Part shown: piece by piece, positions 52,301 to 64,000 of the stretch
How positions within the stretch are numbered: the stretch's first letter is position 1
How the letters are laid out: each line of letters begins with the position of its first letter
DNA from: Octopus vulgaris
Lineage: Eukaryota
DNA: 64,000 bases
Reading direction: 5' to 3'
Assembly: GCA_951406725.2 (NCBI GenBank)
Contig: OX597818.1
Coordinates: 65,720,001 to 65,784,000, forward strand
The notes under the pieces: model-generated
What the model saw: only the letters and a program-made list of their open reading frames with translations
Databases searched by the model: none
Told to the model about the DNA's origin: nothing
Translations under genes and position numbers: made by a program

Positions 52301-52405
52301 CAAGTATCAGATTCTCTATATACACCCATTCAATGGAACACCTACGGATACACAAACTTGAAAGGTAGCAATGCGTATACATCCATACGTACCTACATGC
52401 TGGAT

Positions 52406-52460
<55 letters not shown>

Positions 52461-52505
52461 TCAACACATAAAATACATACATACAGATATACATATATAC
52501 ATATA

Positions 52506-52573
<68 letters not shown>

Positions 52574-53004
52574 TATATTATGTATATAGATGTATACATA
52601 TATATATACACGTATATGTATGTATATAGATGTATATATATATGTATATATTTGTGTATGTATATATGTGCATGCATCAACACTAATACATTATCTCACA
52701 CGCATACACACACGTGCATATATATGGGAATTATATGCCCATATACAAGGCAAAAATCATACATACATAAACATTCAAAAATATGCAAATACGCAGAATG
52801 TTATTTGAAATGAATTTACGACTTTATAAATAGATTCTTCCTGTCACAACAACGTGCCTCTTCATCTTTTGAAGGAGTTACAATTCATGAAAATATTAGA
52901 AAGAAAATCTTCAAAGTCTAGCTTCGATAAAGAGAATTCATTTTATCCTAACATACAAAACGAAACACTGGCGCGCAGACACATAAGCATACACACATTC
53001 ACTA

Positions 53005-53052
<48 letters not shown>

Positions 53053-53271
53053 CGCACAAACACATACGACCATGAACACAAACGTGACGCGCAAGTGTCT
53101 TTACGTGCGTATGTAAGAAAATAGGCAAATATATATATATAAATACATATACACACATATACATGTGTATATATGCGTATACATATGAGCGTTTGCGGCG
53201 TCTATACGTATATATCTATATATGAATGAATTTGCATAGAAGGATAGATAGTTTAATATATAGACATATAA

Positions 53272-53312
<41 letters not shown>

Positions 53313-53404
53313 CACATATATATATAAGTATATATATATATATATATGTATATATTTATATATATATATAAATAAATATATATGTATATTTATATGTATA
53401 TATA

Positions 53405-53441
<37 letters not shown>

Positions 53442-55674
53442 GTTTTGTATTTTTTGTTTGCTTGTGTGCGTTCCTCTCTCTTTTGTCGGAGTGTACATAT
53501 ATTTGTGTATATAAGTGTTATATACATACATATATATATATATATGTTTGTGTGTGCATGTTATTGTTTATGTATGTATGTTTGTGTGCACTTGTGTGTT
53601 TTTGTATGTGTGTGTGTTATATGCATACCCATACACACCGACACGCACAAACTGATATAACAAGCAAAAGATTTTTAAAAAAACGAGAGGAAAACTCGTG
53701 AATTCTCTATTTTTTCTTTGCTTATTGTAAATTCAGCGTGATTCAGCTGTGTAAGTTTGCTTATTGATGTATGTGGTGTATTTCTCTGTTTATAGAGGAG
53801 AGAAAACTTCGCCGTGCATGCATGTCTGTATACATTTCCCCCACAATATTTGAGCGTGTGGGTATGTACCCTTTGTGTCCGACAAATGGCTAACAAATCG
53901 TGTTTATTGACTTTTGATATTTTCATGCTGTCAGTGATTGTAGTCAGCTAATACTTCTTTACATGTTTTTCTTTTACGCTGTATACTAGCAGAAATTCAC
54001 CTTTGATATTTTGATGCAGCCTCCAAAGATATTAAGCCTCTTTTCTTGTCTCATCCCATAACAGACTGGCCAATTGATATGAACTTCAAATATTAAACTA
54101 GTTATTATTTTTGCCTTTGTTGTTATCGCGGTTTATCAATGTATATATTTCTTATACTCATGAAATGATTGATTGATTGTGAAGAATCGAATAAGGTCAT
54201 TGATTTATGGTCCATGAGTGAAAATGCATGAAATTGGCTTGAAGCGAATTTAGCAATATGAGTGATTAACGCAATACTTGTTAATGTTTATAAAAATTCA
54301 CTAACGTAAACGTAACAAAATAAATGATTTGTCATGCGCCTTTTGGTACATGATCTAATATTTTATGCAAGTGAGAAGTCGACTGGATCGATTCCAATAC
54401 ATGTTCAATGATCTTTTTCTGAACCATCCCATGGTGAAATGTGAAACTGAGCTGGGATGAAATGGAACTCACATCATATCACACTAATATTTCATTAAAC
54501 AGTTTTCAAAATATTTCTACATATCACTTATTTTTATTAAAACTTATAAGATTCATCTGTAAGATTGATTGAAATAAATCTGCCTATATTTTCATATTGG
54601 ATATAGAACTATTAGCAGCATCAGAGAGCAGTATTATTTAATGAATTAATTAAGTAACGTCGAGTAATTAATTATTCCTATTTTGGACGTAAAGCAAAAT
54701 GATGAAGTATTATAGCCTCAAACTGATGGATGTGATGATCGATGTTGCCTTTCGTTATCAGAGGACATATCGTATGTTTTTTTCTTAACTCACCGGATAC
54801 TTTCATGTCGGGTAACATTGTGACACTACAGTGCTTAGGTCTTATTCTATGTCTTCTTTGCGAAAACTACCGCCGGATCAATGAAATGAGACTCTTATCT
54901 AATAGATATCAGCAAAGAACTATTTGCTGATGTGTGTTGATGCCTGTGAAACCGAAAATAATATACGAGTTGCACGCAAAACCGCAAGGATCAAAGATAT
55001 AATGTATTTATAAATTATTAATGCACTATAGCTGATTCGAGACTGAATACGCCGATTGCTTTTATCTTCCACCATCGGAGAACACTTCCACAATTTAGAC
55101 GAAATGTGTTTGTAACACACCATTTATTGACAGAAAGGGTCTTTGGAATACCGTTCAAATGTGTTAGAGAATAAACAGACACATTATTGTTAGTGCTTTC
55201 GCTGTTATGCATGCAGTACACGAATAAAATGTGATTTTGTAATTGAAGACATACACAATTTTTAATCTTAGTTCTATAAAGTGTAGTTTCTTTTTGAATT
55301 TTATGAGGAATAATCTAAACCCATACTATGGAAAATGAAATGTGTAAACTGTAGTAATTATATACGTTAATATACATACTTTTATGTGAATGATTTTTAT
55401 AATGTGTTTATATATATAACATATATTGTGTTTCAGACTGAGGATGCACCCCACCTGTAAGGGATCGATGCTGAATGGATTGAAACGATCGGCATGATCA
55501 ATAAAGATTCTTGCGAACTCTATTTTCTATTTACCTCATTCATTGCATTTCTTAGTGTATTTGTGTGTGTACGCGTGTGTGTTTTGTATACGTGCGACTT
55601 TTTTAATTTAATAAAGCTTTGCATCAGCTTAAAAGTATCATGTGGATATTGCACCTGCTGCTGCTGTTGTTATT

Positions 55675-55710
55675 GTCACCACCACCACCACCACCACCAC
55701 CACCACTACT

Positions 55711-55750
<40 letters not shown>

Positions 55751-55797
55751 AACTACTACTACTACTACTACTACTACTGCTACTACTACTACTACTA
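55675..55797. repeat. (CAC)n(CTA)n microsatellite
   Basis: Source of the poly-His/Thr/Ser ORFs. Confidence 0.95.
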
Positions 55798-56885
55798 AAC
55801 CATTTTGTTTTTAAAGTTTTATTCTGATTACTCTGCCCAACGAAATACAATTTCTTTATCATTGAAATGATTTCAGATTTTCCAAAAATACGCTTCGGTC
55901 GCTGATTCCAGCAACCAATTCCTCTCACGTTTCGTTTCTCTACAACAAAAATTGAGCGGGATTCAATTCGTATTTACATTGTAATTAATGTTCTTTCATA
56001 GCAAATTATTTGTTTATTGTCTGATTAGTGGAACACATAGCACAGACTTTATTAATTCACGCATAATTAATTCTAACCTAATTTTCACAGCTATAAATCG
56101 ACCAGACAGACATGTAATTGAAAATTATTCATTATATAGAATTTTCAAAATGTTGACTCTATAACAAACTCAGTTTAATATTCTGCCGTAGTTATACAGC
56201 AGTTAAAATATAATGCGGAGAGATGCCATCAGAATCTTTGCTACGCCAGGAAATAATGCTTAGAGATATTTCATAGTTACTCATTGCAAATCCTTCGAGG
56301 CCAATTCTTCATTTTCTCCACTCGGGTCGATAAAATCAGCACCTCTTCAGTTTAGGGATCGATGTAATCAAACTTTTACCAATGCCAAAACTTTCGGCCT
56401 CGTGTCAGAAAGAATACGGAGAGCAACGCCTCAGCTAAATATACTTAGTCCTAGAGGATTCCATTAAAAATTACTTTGCGTAGATTTTCCTTCCTTGTAT
56501 GAAACTTGCCATGGAATTTCTTCCTTTGGTCATTCTTACCTTACCAAGATTCTTTCTTGTATCAACCTCGATGAGATTGTGTAAAGTTTTTGATGATATA
56601 AACTTAAATTTCTAAATATTAGTTTTAAAGTTTTACAGATTGAAAATATATTAAAATGAAATAAATAATTATTTAAACTCCTTCACTTCAAGTAGAAATG
56701 AAAATACTCGGTGTCCTATAAATAGGACGCTGAAACAATGTGATATAGCTTATTTAATGTTCTCATTTAGTGTCCTACTTGTAGGACAGTAAGACTTAAT
56801 GGTTTAATATTGAAATACTACTTGAATGGATTCATAATTCCTGAGAGAAATTGTATTATAAAAAAGAATCAGTGAATCGTAATGT

Positions 56886-56942
56886 ACGTAGGTAGATCAC
56901 TCTCCGCAACGTAGGTAGATCACTCTCCGCAACGTAGGTACA

Positions 56943-56985
<43 letters not shown>
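56886..56985. repeat. 23-bp tandem repeat (~2.8 copies) running into (TC)n
   Basis: acgtaggtagatcactctccgca twice plus a partial third copy. Confidence 0.9.
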
Positions 56986-56989
<4 letters not shown>

Positions 56990-57564
56990 GAAATCTCTTT
57001 ATGGCCATGGTCAATTAAAATCCCAATATACATCAGAGCAAGACCCACATTGTACTAGCAGTGAACCTAGACAACGCCACACGTTTTGCGCCTGCCTTGG
57101 GCACTGTAAACAACGTTTGCTCCTTAAAACGGTAGTGAATATATCAGAGGCATGTTATTTCATTTAACTCTAACCGTACATCTCTTATTACTCGGTAATG
57201 ATATCAGAATCATAACAATCCTATTTCACTATTTCTTTTACTGATTCATTGCCTTGCACAATTATTTCATCCCTGCTCTGTTTTTGATTTTTCTTCTTCA
57301 TTTATTCTAAACCATTCCAATGCCATCTGTATTAATACGATATATAATAATATCTTAGTCTTTCATGACTTATGGTAATTTGACCAGGAACTACGGCTGT
57401 CGCTGCCAACAGTTGCTAACGGAGTAAAGAAGGGAGAGAGAGAGAAGAGGGGAGTGAGAGAGAGCGATTACTATGAGATTTCAGGGAGTGTGAATATCAT
57501 CCTTAAGGCTTTTTTAGGCTTATTTTCTATCTTGTTTTGAATAGTTTGTAACTATATTCTTCTT

Positions 57565-57810
57565 ATATTCTTTTATTTGTTACAGTCATTTCCCTGCGGT
57601 CATACTGGAGGACCGCTTTTAATCGAACGAAACGACGCCAGGATTTATTTTCTGTAAGCCTAGTACGTATTCCATCGGCTTACAGGCTACTTTGTTTCCT
57701 CTAAATCTACTCTCAAGGCTTTGGTCGGACCAAGGAGCCACGCAATGGGATTGAACCCGGAACCATGTGGTTTGTAAGCAAACGACTTACCACATAGCCG
57801 CTCCTGCGCC
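57565..57810 (-). mobile_element. SINE family A, internally deleted
   Basis: Tail and head present; central microsatellite region missing. Confidence 0.85.
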
Positions 57811-58824
57811 TATTTATTTTAATTAAATTCACTTATTTTCAGGAATCTGGCGATGAGGTATGAATTAACCGAAAAAGGGAAAAAAAGAAAGAAAAAAAAA
57901 ACAAGCACCTGCCATAACAGTACACTGCAAAACCACCTGCAAGAATTCAAACCCAAACATTTAATATTTTGAGCAAGTATTTATCTGTCTCCCATTTGTA
58001 AAATGATATCAGAACCGAACAGAGAGCACGTCTGTGATTCGAAAACAGTATATCACTCTAAGAAAAGTTATTTCAAAATCTGTAAGGTGCAATAATATAT
58101 TTGCATATCTGAAATCGCGGATCGATTAATCAGCTATTTTCATGACCTGTCTATTTAACCATATTTAATATTAACAACATAAGATATCTGCTCATAGAAT
58201 GAACAGTCGTATCAAATTGCAACAAAATATATATCATATCATTTTTTTTTCGTTTAATTTTTGTTTTGTTTTGTTAAAAAATCATATTTCTTTGTGAAAA
58301 GCAAAAACGAAACTAACACAAAATGAAATTAGAAAATACAGCATCACAAGATATCGATAATCTATAAAGCTTTCCCCCCTTAAATCTATTTAATTTTTAC
58401 AGCAGCTGTGTTTGAAGATATCAATAATTTCACAGAAATTTGCATTCATTCCTTGAGATTAGCTACCAAGTGGATGAAGTCGGCGTGTATTAGATGTACA
58501 ATTAGAAAAATCATAAATATTGATAAATTCAAAATATACTGCACTGAAAAATCAGTTAAAAACATCCATACCATTGCGCGCCCGCGCACACACACAGCCA
58601 CATGTTTACATATGTGTGTGTGTGTGTGTGTATGTGTTTTGTGTGTGTATTCGTGTGTGCATATGTAGGCGCAGTCTCACACATATATGCTGGAATATTG
58701 ATTGAAATATGGTAAAGTCTTAGCAACTTTATAGCCAAGAGACAGTGTTCAGGAATGTATAATATCAGGTCTGACATTTAAAAGACTACACACATACACA
58801 CATGCGCAAAAGCACAGATACGCA

Positions 58825-58868
<44 letters not shown>

Positions 58869-59228
58869 TATGTTATAACAGTTATACATGACAGCGTAAA
58901 TAAAATACACATCCCCAGGTAGATGATACTCTCTGATCTAAAGTACTGATACATTTTCTTCCGATATAAATTTTCTGCCATCTTTAAATATTCATATATA
59001 TTATAAAGTCCTAACAGCAACCAATGGAGTCGAAGAAAAAAAAACACGATGACGCATAGGATTTTCATAATAAACAAACACGCAATTATATACATATTCT
59101 CTCTCTCACTCTCTCACACACACACACACATCCATACACACACACACACAGAGGCATTATTATTGTTGTTGTTGTTGTTGTTCTTATTGTTGTTGTTGTT
59201 GTTTTTCTTCTTCTTCTTATTATTATTA

Positions 59229-59301
<73 letters not shown>

Positions 59302-59350
59302 CATCATCAATATCATCATCATTATTATTATCATCATTATTATTATTATT

Positions 59351-59805
59351 CAGTATTTTTATTTTTATAGCGTGCTTTCACTTCACTACCGAGCGCAGCT
59401 CTGTGTGCCTTGGGTATGTGCTGTGATTTGTTGTGATGCTCTGATGGTTATTGTATGGAAAGTGTTCTGCGTAGGATGTGTGCAGTGCCTAGTACTGCAA
59501 TTTTCTGTATGTTATATGTGTTTGTAAGTCCTGGTGTTTTTGTTATGTATTTATCTGAATATTTTTTATCATGCCTTATGCACCTACTATGATAGGAATT
59601 GTTTCTGTTTTTGGATTCCACATTCTAGTTACCTCTATTTCCAGGTCTTTGTACTTTGAGAGTTTCTCCATTTCTTTTAGAGACACGTTGTCATCTGCCG
59701 GTATTGATACATCAATTAGAAAGCATTTTTTTTCTTCATGATCTCTGACAACTATATCTGGTCTGTTGGCCTTAATTTCTCTATCTGTGTGTATCGGCAT
59801 ATCCC
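59351..59805 (-). mobile_element. R4/Dong-like non-LTR retrotransposon 3' fragment (restriction-like endonuclease) in (TAA)n
   Basis: NRPDIVV...LIDVSIP...EKLSKYKDL...IPIIVGA*GMIKK...LGTAHILRRTL (PD..D RLE motif, one stop); (TAA)n on both sides. Confidence 0.9.
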
Positions 59806-59849
<44 letters not shown>

Positions 59850-59851
59850 GC

Positions 59852-60072
59852 ATTATGATCGCAAGATTGTGGTTTCGATTCTTGGACCGGGCGACGCGTT
59901 GTGTTCTTGAGCAAAACACTTCTTTTCACGTTCCTTCAATTCATTCAGCTGGCTAAAATGAGTAACGCTGCGATGGACTGGCTTTCCGTCCAGCTGGGGA
60001 ATACATCCGCCATTGAAATCGGGAAACCGGGCCCATGAGCCTGGCTAGGCTTTAAAAGGGCGCATTTATTTA
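59852..60072 (+). mobile_element. tRNA-derived SINE with V-domain-like core
   Basis: B box ggtttcgattc, cttgagcaaaacactt, then gctgcgatggactggctttccgtccag resembling the V-SINE domain. Confidence 0.7.
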
Positions 60073-60164
60073 TTATTGTTGCTGTTATTGTTATTAATGT
60101 TGTTGTTGCCGTTGTGGATGTTGTTGTTGATCCCCTTCTTCATTTTCTTCCTCTCCTTCTTCAG

Positions 60165-60540
60165 TAAAAGTGCTGCGCATGAGACTGGATTACATATGTA
60201 TACAGCCCAGCATAACCATCATGGCTACCCGTCTGATAAGGGCACTCCAGGCTTATGATTCATAACTATGTTCCCAACATTGAGACATTACATCAAGTGC
60301 AACACCACATGATGTATCACGTGGGGTCCAGTTACAATTTTCTTCCGGTGAAGAAGTCAACCCCATTCAAACAAATAACGTTTGTTTAAGGATGACGACT
60401 GAAACAGCCATGTTTCAAGTTTGGCACACAGCCCTACAAATCCTTCTCAACCAATAGCTAAGGTTCTACCTCTGCTTGCGATCATAGATGAACATATCGT
60501 CAGTCTCTAAGAGTCATGCTGAACTGGTTAAGGTCAAACG
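60165..60540 (-). mobile_element. Family D repeat, decayed
   Basis: agcccag.ata.ccatcatg.ctacc.gtctgataaggg ... catatcgtcag ... ggtcaaac shared with 42245-42800. Confidence 0.7.
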
Positions 60541-60940
60541 TCTTCCTAGCAGTCTCCGCAACGCGTTCTGCAGGCCAATATTTTGAAGGTATGAGCGGCT
60601 TGCAAAACATCACGATGAATCTCAGTAGCATAACCAGAGAACACAGAGACAAGCAAAGTACAAGATGTCCGACTCAATATAGCTATAGCTTTATAGGTTA
60701 GTGAGACTTCGTTTAGATGTGCGACTTAATAGAGACCAGGGGCCTCTTACTCTCAGCGGTCATGTTCTAGTTGTTTCTCAGCAGGAACCTTGACAGCTGC
60801 TAAAAGCCCGGATCAGATTAGCCCCGAGCACAATAGTTCTCAAAGAGTGATTCCACAAACGTCAAGACTTTCAAATTCTGAATCAAGAGACCCACTGACA
60901 TTGATTCGGTTGAAGTTGTGTTATAATATCATACCCAGGA

Positions 60941-60954
60941 CAGACACACACACA

Positions 60955-61020
<66 letters not shown>
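60941..61020. repeat. (CA)n microsatellite
   Basis: Nearly pure CA tract. Confidence 0.97.
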
Positions 61021-61022
<2 letters not shown>

Positions 61023-61642
61023 GAACACAATAATATAAATGGTTTATCTTTTATATAATATTTATCTTTTTATTATCTTCCTGTAGTTGGCTTCTGGATC
61101 TTTGGAGTTTCATTCTTCGCGATTAGAAAACTGAAGATGGTACCTAGAGTCAGATCACTTGTCTAATCCTGCTAATATTGACAAGATTAAGATGAAGGCA
61201 CAATCATAAATTTACCTGTTGATGGTCTTATAAAAATAAACAGCAACAATTACAACAAAATGAAACTAACGTTCAAAATGTTGATCTTGACGAACAAACG
61301 GACAGGTGATTGATGCGGTAAGTAAAAGTTTGTAGGGAAATTCTATTTGATTTCAAGCAGTAAATAAGAAACCACAACGAACGCGAAATATTTTCAGTTC
61401 TTAATAATTTAATCTCTAAATATCAACAGTTATCGGAGATGGGTTTCGGAACTCTAATGTTTCAAATGAACTGCAAAACGCGCTAATAAAGCAAATATGA
61501 AACTTTTTGTATAAAAAGTATAAGACTCGAAGAGAACCACCAATTTAATTCAAATATCTGATTCTCTATTTCTGTGTTACACACACACAAACAAACACAC
61601 ACACACACTCTTTCTCTCACACACACGCACACAGACACACAC

Positions 61643-61693
<51 letters not shown>

Positions 61694-62387
61694 GAACAGA
61701 ACTATGTTACATGTTTATTCCAGGAAAACGTCTCTTCCAGATGATTAACGACACACAAACGGTGTCCAATATATTTTAAAGAAATGAAACGCTCCCCACC
61801 AGCTTGGAAAAACCAGTAGATCAAGTCTTCTGGATCTTTACCCTTCATATATATTAGATATACATACATAATCATACACGTATATATTTAGGAGAAAAAC
61901 GCTCATTTTTAACGGCAGTTGGAAAATACTGTGAAGTGCTATATGATATTCTTGTGTTAAATTATATTGTACGCATACCTGCATATGTAGTTTATACTGC
62001 AGGTAGAATTTGTGTCATACATCTGTTTTTCCCCCTTTCGTAAACAACCACAGAGGATTATATAGGCGACCGTTTCCGAAGAATTGTAGGGGAATTTGAT
62101 TTATAGGTTTACGTGTTTGTTTCCCGCGAGATGTCGCTGTGTTTTGCGTCTATGGTTATATATTATCGGTTTGCACTTATATTTAATATATTCAGATTTA
62201 TATCCAGTCACAATTGTGTGTCCCTGTGTGGATTTGACAGTTGGGTGTTAATTACTCTGCGTTTGTCTGTTTTGGGCAATATATACTTCTGTAATGTATT
62301 GCTTTCAGAGTATAAGAACGGGTAGCATCATGGGTGGGAATGGAGATTACGTAGGAGGCTTTGGAATACTCATGATCAGTGCATATT

Positions 62388-62802
62388 CTTTTATTCTTTT
62401 ATTCTTTTACTTGTTTCAGTCATTTGACAGCGGCCATGCTGGAGCACCGCCTTTAGTCGAGCAAATCGACCCCGAGACTTATTCTTTGTAAGCCCAGTAC
62501 TTATTCTATCGGTCTCTTTTGCCGAACCGCTAAGTAACGGGGACGTAAACACACCAGCATCGGTTGTCAAGCAATGCTAGGGGGACAAACACAGACACAC
62601 AAACATATACACACACACTTATATATATATACATATATACGACAGGCGTCTTTCAGTTTCCGTCTACCAAATCCACTCACAAGGCATTGGTCGGCCCGGG
62701 GCTATAGCAGAAGACACTTGCCCAAGATGCCATGCAGTGTGACTGAACCCGGAACCATGTGGTTGGTTAGCAAGCTACTTACTACACAGCCACTCCTGCG
62801 CC
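62388..62802 (-). mobile_element. tRNA-derived SINE family A, full length
   Basis: Complete head, body and (AAAAGAAT)n tail; candidate TSD tgcatatt at 62380-62387 and 62805-62812. Confidence 0.95.
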
Positions 62803-63689
62803 TATGCATATTTCTCAATTCTTCTAATAGGTGGCATGAAGTATACAAAACATAATTAAAGTGCCGTACAAACTGAAATAAACGCATATATGCAGTGATG
62901 AGATCTGTGGTGATAAAAACTCTTCGATATGCTTGTGTGTTTATAATTTGTTTTTCATGGTGTATTATTATGAATGTGAAGAACACGAGTGATTTTAGGC
63001 ATGTATATGTGTATGTATATCTTCTGAACACTAATGGTGGCGCCAAAAAAGTAAACAAAAACGAAACCCAAAAGAATGTAGCTGTGCAATTTTCATGTGA
63101 GTTTGTGTAATTCAAGTTATATCTATTCCCGGGTTTAATATTTTACGTAAAGGCAAGAAAATCTCTTGAACGCCCACTTGAAATAAATGTTGAACTAAAA
63201 ATATATCTATATATATAAGCGTATCATTGCATCTTATCTGTGAGGTTTCATTTATATAAGTTCAGCATCGTGTTTGTTTGTTTTTTTGTATTTGTTTTTA
63301 AGTCAAGTACATAATCATCTCCACACATTTCGGAATCTGGGAATTTAAACATAATAATATAGATTATCACTTATCTCGAAGCAATTCTGTATATGCTAAG
63401 CCTTATTCTAGCGAGAGGCTTGACTGTCGCCTTTATCGGTTTTAATCTGTGGAAATCTTGAAATTCTGGAAGAATATTATTATGAATAAATTTGGTGATC
63501 TAAATATCAAATGCTAGCATGAAATCCGAACAGATTATGTAACGTTTATATATATTAAAAGCACAATTGGTGTAACTAATCCATGTTTACACTATGGAGC
63601 CTTTATGATTTCATTTGATTTAAATCGCCTTAGAGTATTTGTGGTCCAAACAACTATAATAGGATGTGATTGCTTATGATATTCATTTC

Positions 63690-64000
63690 AAACTACGGCA
63701 CTAAGCCAGCAAGATCGATGGAGGCTTACGTCGATTCCATCGGTTTCAGTGCTCAGATAGCACTTATTTTATCGATCTCGAAAAGGAAGAGAGACAAAGT
63801 CGGCCTCGGTGAAATTTTAATTTAGAACGCAAATGTAAGCGAAATGCGCCAAAGATTTTTCCTGGGCTGCTAGTGATTCCTACAGCTCGCTGCCTTGCTA
63901 CAGCTTATAATAGTAATAGTATTATTAAGGCAACGGGCTGGCAGAACAATTACGACAGCAGACAAAATGTTTAGCGGTATTTCGTCGGTGTTTAAGTTCT
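63690..64000. mobile_element. Two decayed SINE B copies head to head (minus 63690-63896; plus 63926 to window end)
   Basis: cagctcgctgcctt then aaggcaacgggctggcagaa about 30 bp apart. Confidence 0.75.

Noticed and set aside
56886-56950. Short direct repeats as a CRISPR array
   Set aside because: No spacers; simple tandem duplication in eukaryotic DNA.

Overview
AT-rich, microsatellite-saturated metazoan DNA. The repeat families resemble those I know from octopus genomes, but this is inference and not verified. I found no convincing host protein-coding exon, so the window is probably intronic or intergenic; nearly all listed ORFs are translations of (TA)n, (CA)n, (ATAG)n or triplet repeats. 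The identifiable content is mobile DNA: several tRNA-derived SINE families (more than 20 copies), two CR1/L2-group LINE 3' fragments (one with an uninterrupted RT frame), a LINE 5' fragment, a Dong/R4-like RLE fragment in (TAA)n, a mariner fossil, a Penelope RT fossil and a probable non-autonomous Helitron. The most notable signal is a set of short non-coding elements next to or within (TA)n tracts, often folded back as asymmetric inverted repeats, that carry type I hammerhead ribozyme motifs. Five have a complete core (9.2, 15.9, 23.1, 25.9, 47.8 kb) and several more are decayed. They have palindromic stem III and large, often structured, loop II inserts. They look like Penelope-like pLTR or retrozyme-type derivatives from several distinct families. 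All coordinates and pairings were read by eye.
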